Virus record (IMG/VR): IMGVR_UViG_3300033075_001021
Direction: 5' to 3' (one strand)
From: a virus
Lineage: Duplodnaviria; Caudoviricetes
Length of the DNA stretch: 64,000 nt
Part shown: positions 63,602 through 64,000 of the stretch, piece after piece
Layout: every line of letters starts with the position of its first letter
Position numbering within the stretch: position 1 is the first letter of the stretch
Made by a program: the position numbers and the translations under genes
Notes under the pieces: model-generated
Databases searched by the model: none
The model's input: only the letters and a program-made list of their open reading frames with translations
What the model was told of the DNA's origin: nothing

Positions 63602-64000
63602 TTATATGATTTTTTCTAATTCCTCAAGCGTTTTGGCATTTTTTAAGGCTTTTATAATGCCTCTTTTACCCCATTTTTCGTGTATAAGACTAGGGTCGTA
63701 CTTTTCTGGGACTAAAACAATCCGAATTCTACCCCTCAATACGCCAATATTAAGTTGATGATATAATCGCTTAGCATCTTCGAAAGCATCACCATCCAAA
63801 AATATTACCACATTGGCGCTTGCCTTGTCATAAATTTTTTCCAATAAAACTTGTGATATATATTTACCCAATAAGGGGATTGAATTCGGTGTAACAATGT
63901 GGTCTGTCGGGCCTTCTACAAGATATAACGTTGCATCCCAATTTACACGACCTTCATTGAAAATGATTAGTTGCTTTTCCACATCTGGATTAAGGTATTT
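63602..64000 (-). CDS. DNA primase, TOPRIM domain (5' part outside window)
   Basis: LVEGPTD, LLGK, LDGDA, YDP. Confidence 0.8.
   Translation of the reverse strand, partial: KYLNPDVEKQLIIFNEGRVNWDATLYLVEGPTDHIVTPNSIPLLGKYISQVLLEKIYDKASANVVIFLDGDAFEDAKRLYHQLNIGVLRGRIRIVLVPEKYDPSLIHEKWGKRGIIKALKNAKTLEELEKII

Noticed and set aside
1-64000. Genome-wide stop-codon reassignment (TAG or TGA)
   Set aside because: Long genes are intact in the standard code, and TAG and TGA end several genes with normal overlaps; internal stops are confined to 36.5-38.9 kb.

Overview
AT-rich 64 kb segment of a large (jumbo-type) bacteriophage genome, almost all on the minus strand. Repeated TAnnTTTG (-7) promoters and a TonB-dependent receptor point to a Bacteroidota host. 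The window holds about 50 tRNA/tRNA-like genes in four clusters, a tmRNA, a ~1 kb GOLLD-like ncRNA and many translation/RNA-repair genes (IF3, RF1-like factor, two PTH2-like hydrolases, CCA-adding enzyme, two RNA ligases, kinase-2H phosphodiesterase, TROVE/vWA protein, minimal class II aaRS-like core, ClpP, DnaJ). It also has a TonB-PnuC-NadR NAD salvage operon, lysis enzymes, a sigma factor, SbcCD, a partial primase and several HNH/GIY-YIG homing endonucleases. Main discovery: three tRNA operons are each headed by promoter, short leader ORF, antiterminator and intrinsic terminator, and each leader has a codon run matching the amino acids of the tRNAs downstream (F/E/D/A; L/V/C; R/I/N/H/M/S/W). 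This looks like ribosome-mediated attenuation that switches on phage tRNA sets when those tRNAs are depleted. Second: a stop-codon-gated module (amber suppressor tRNA, amber-interrupted PTH2 gene and minigenes, RF1-like gene with two in-frame UGA). All calls were made by eye; coordinates may be off by a few bases and no database searches were run.
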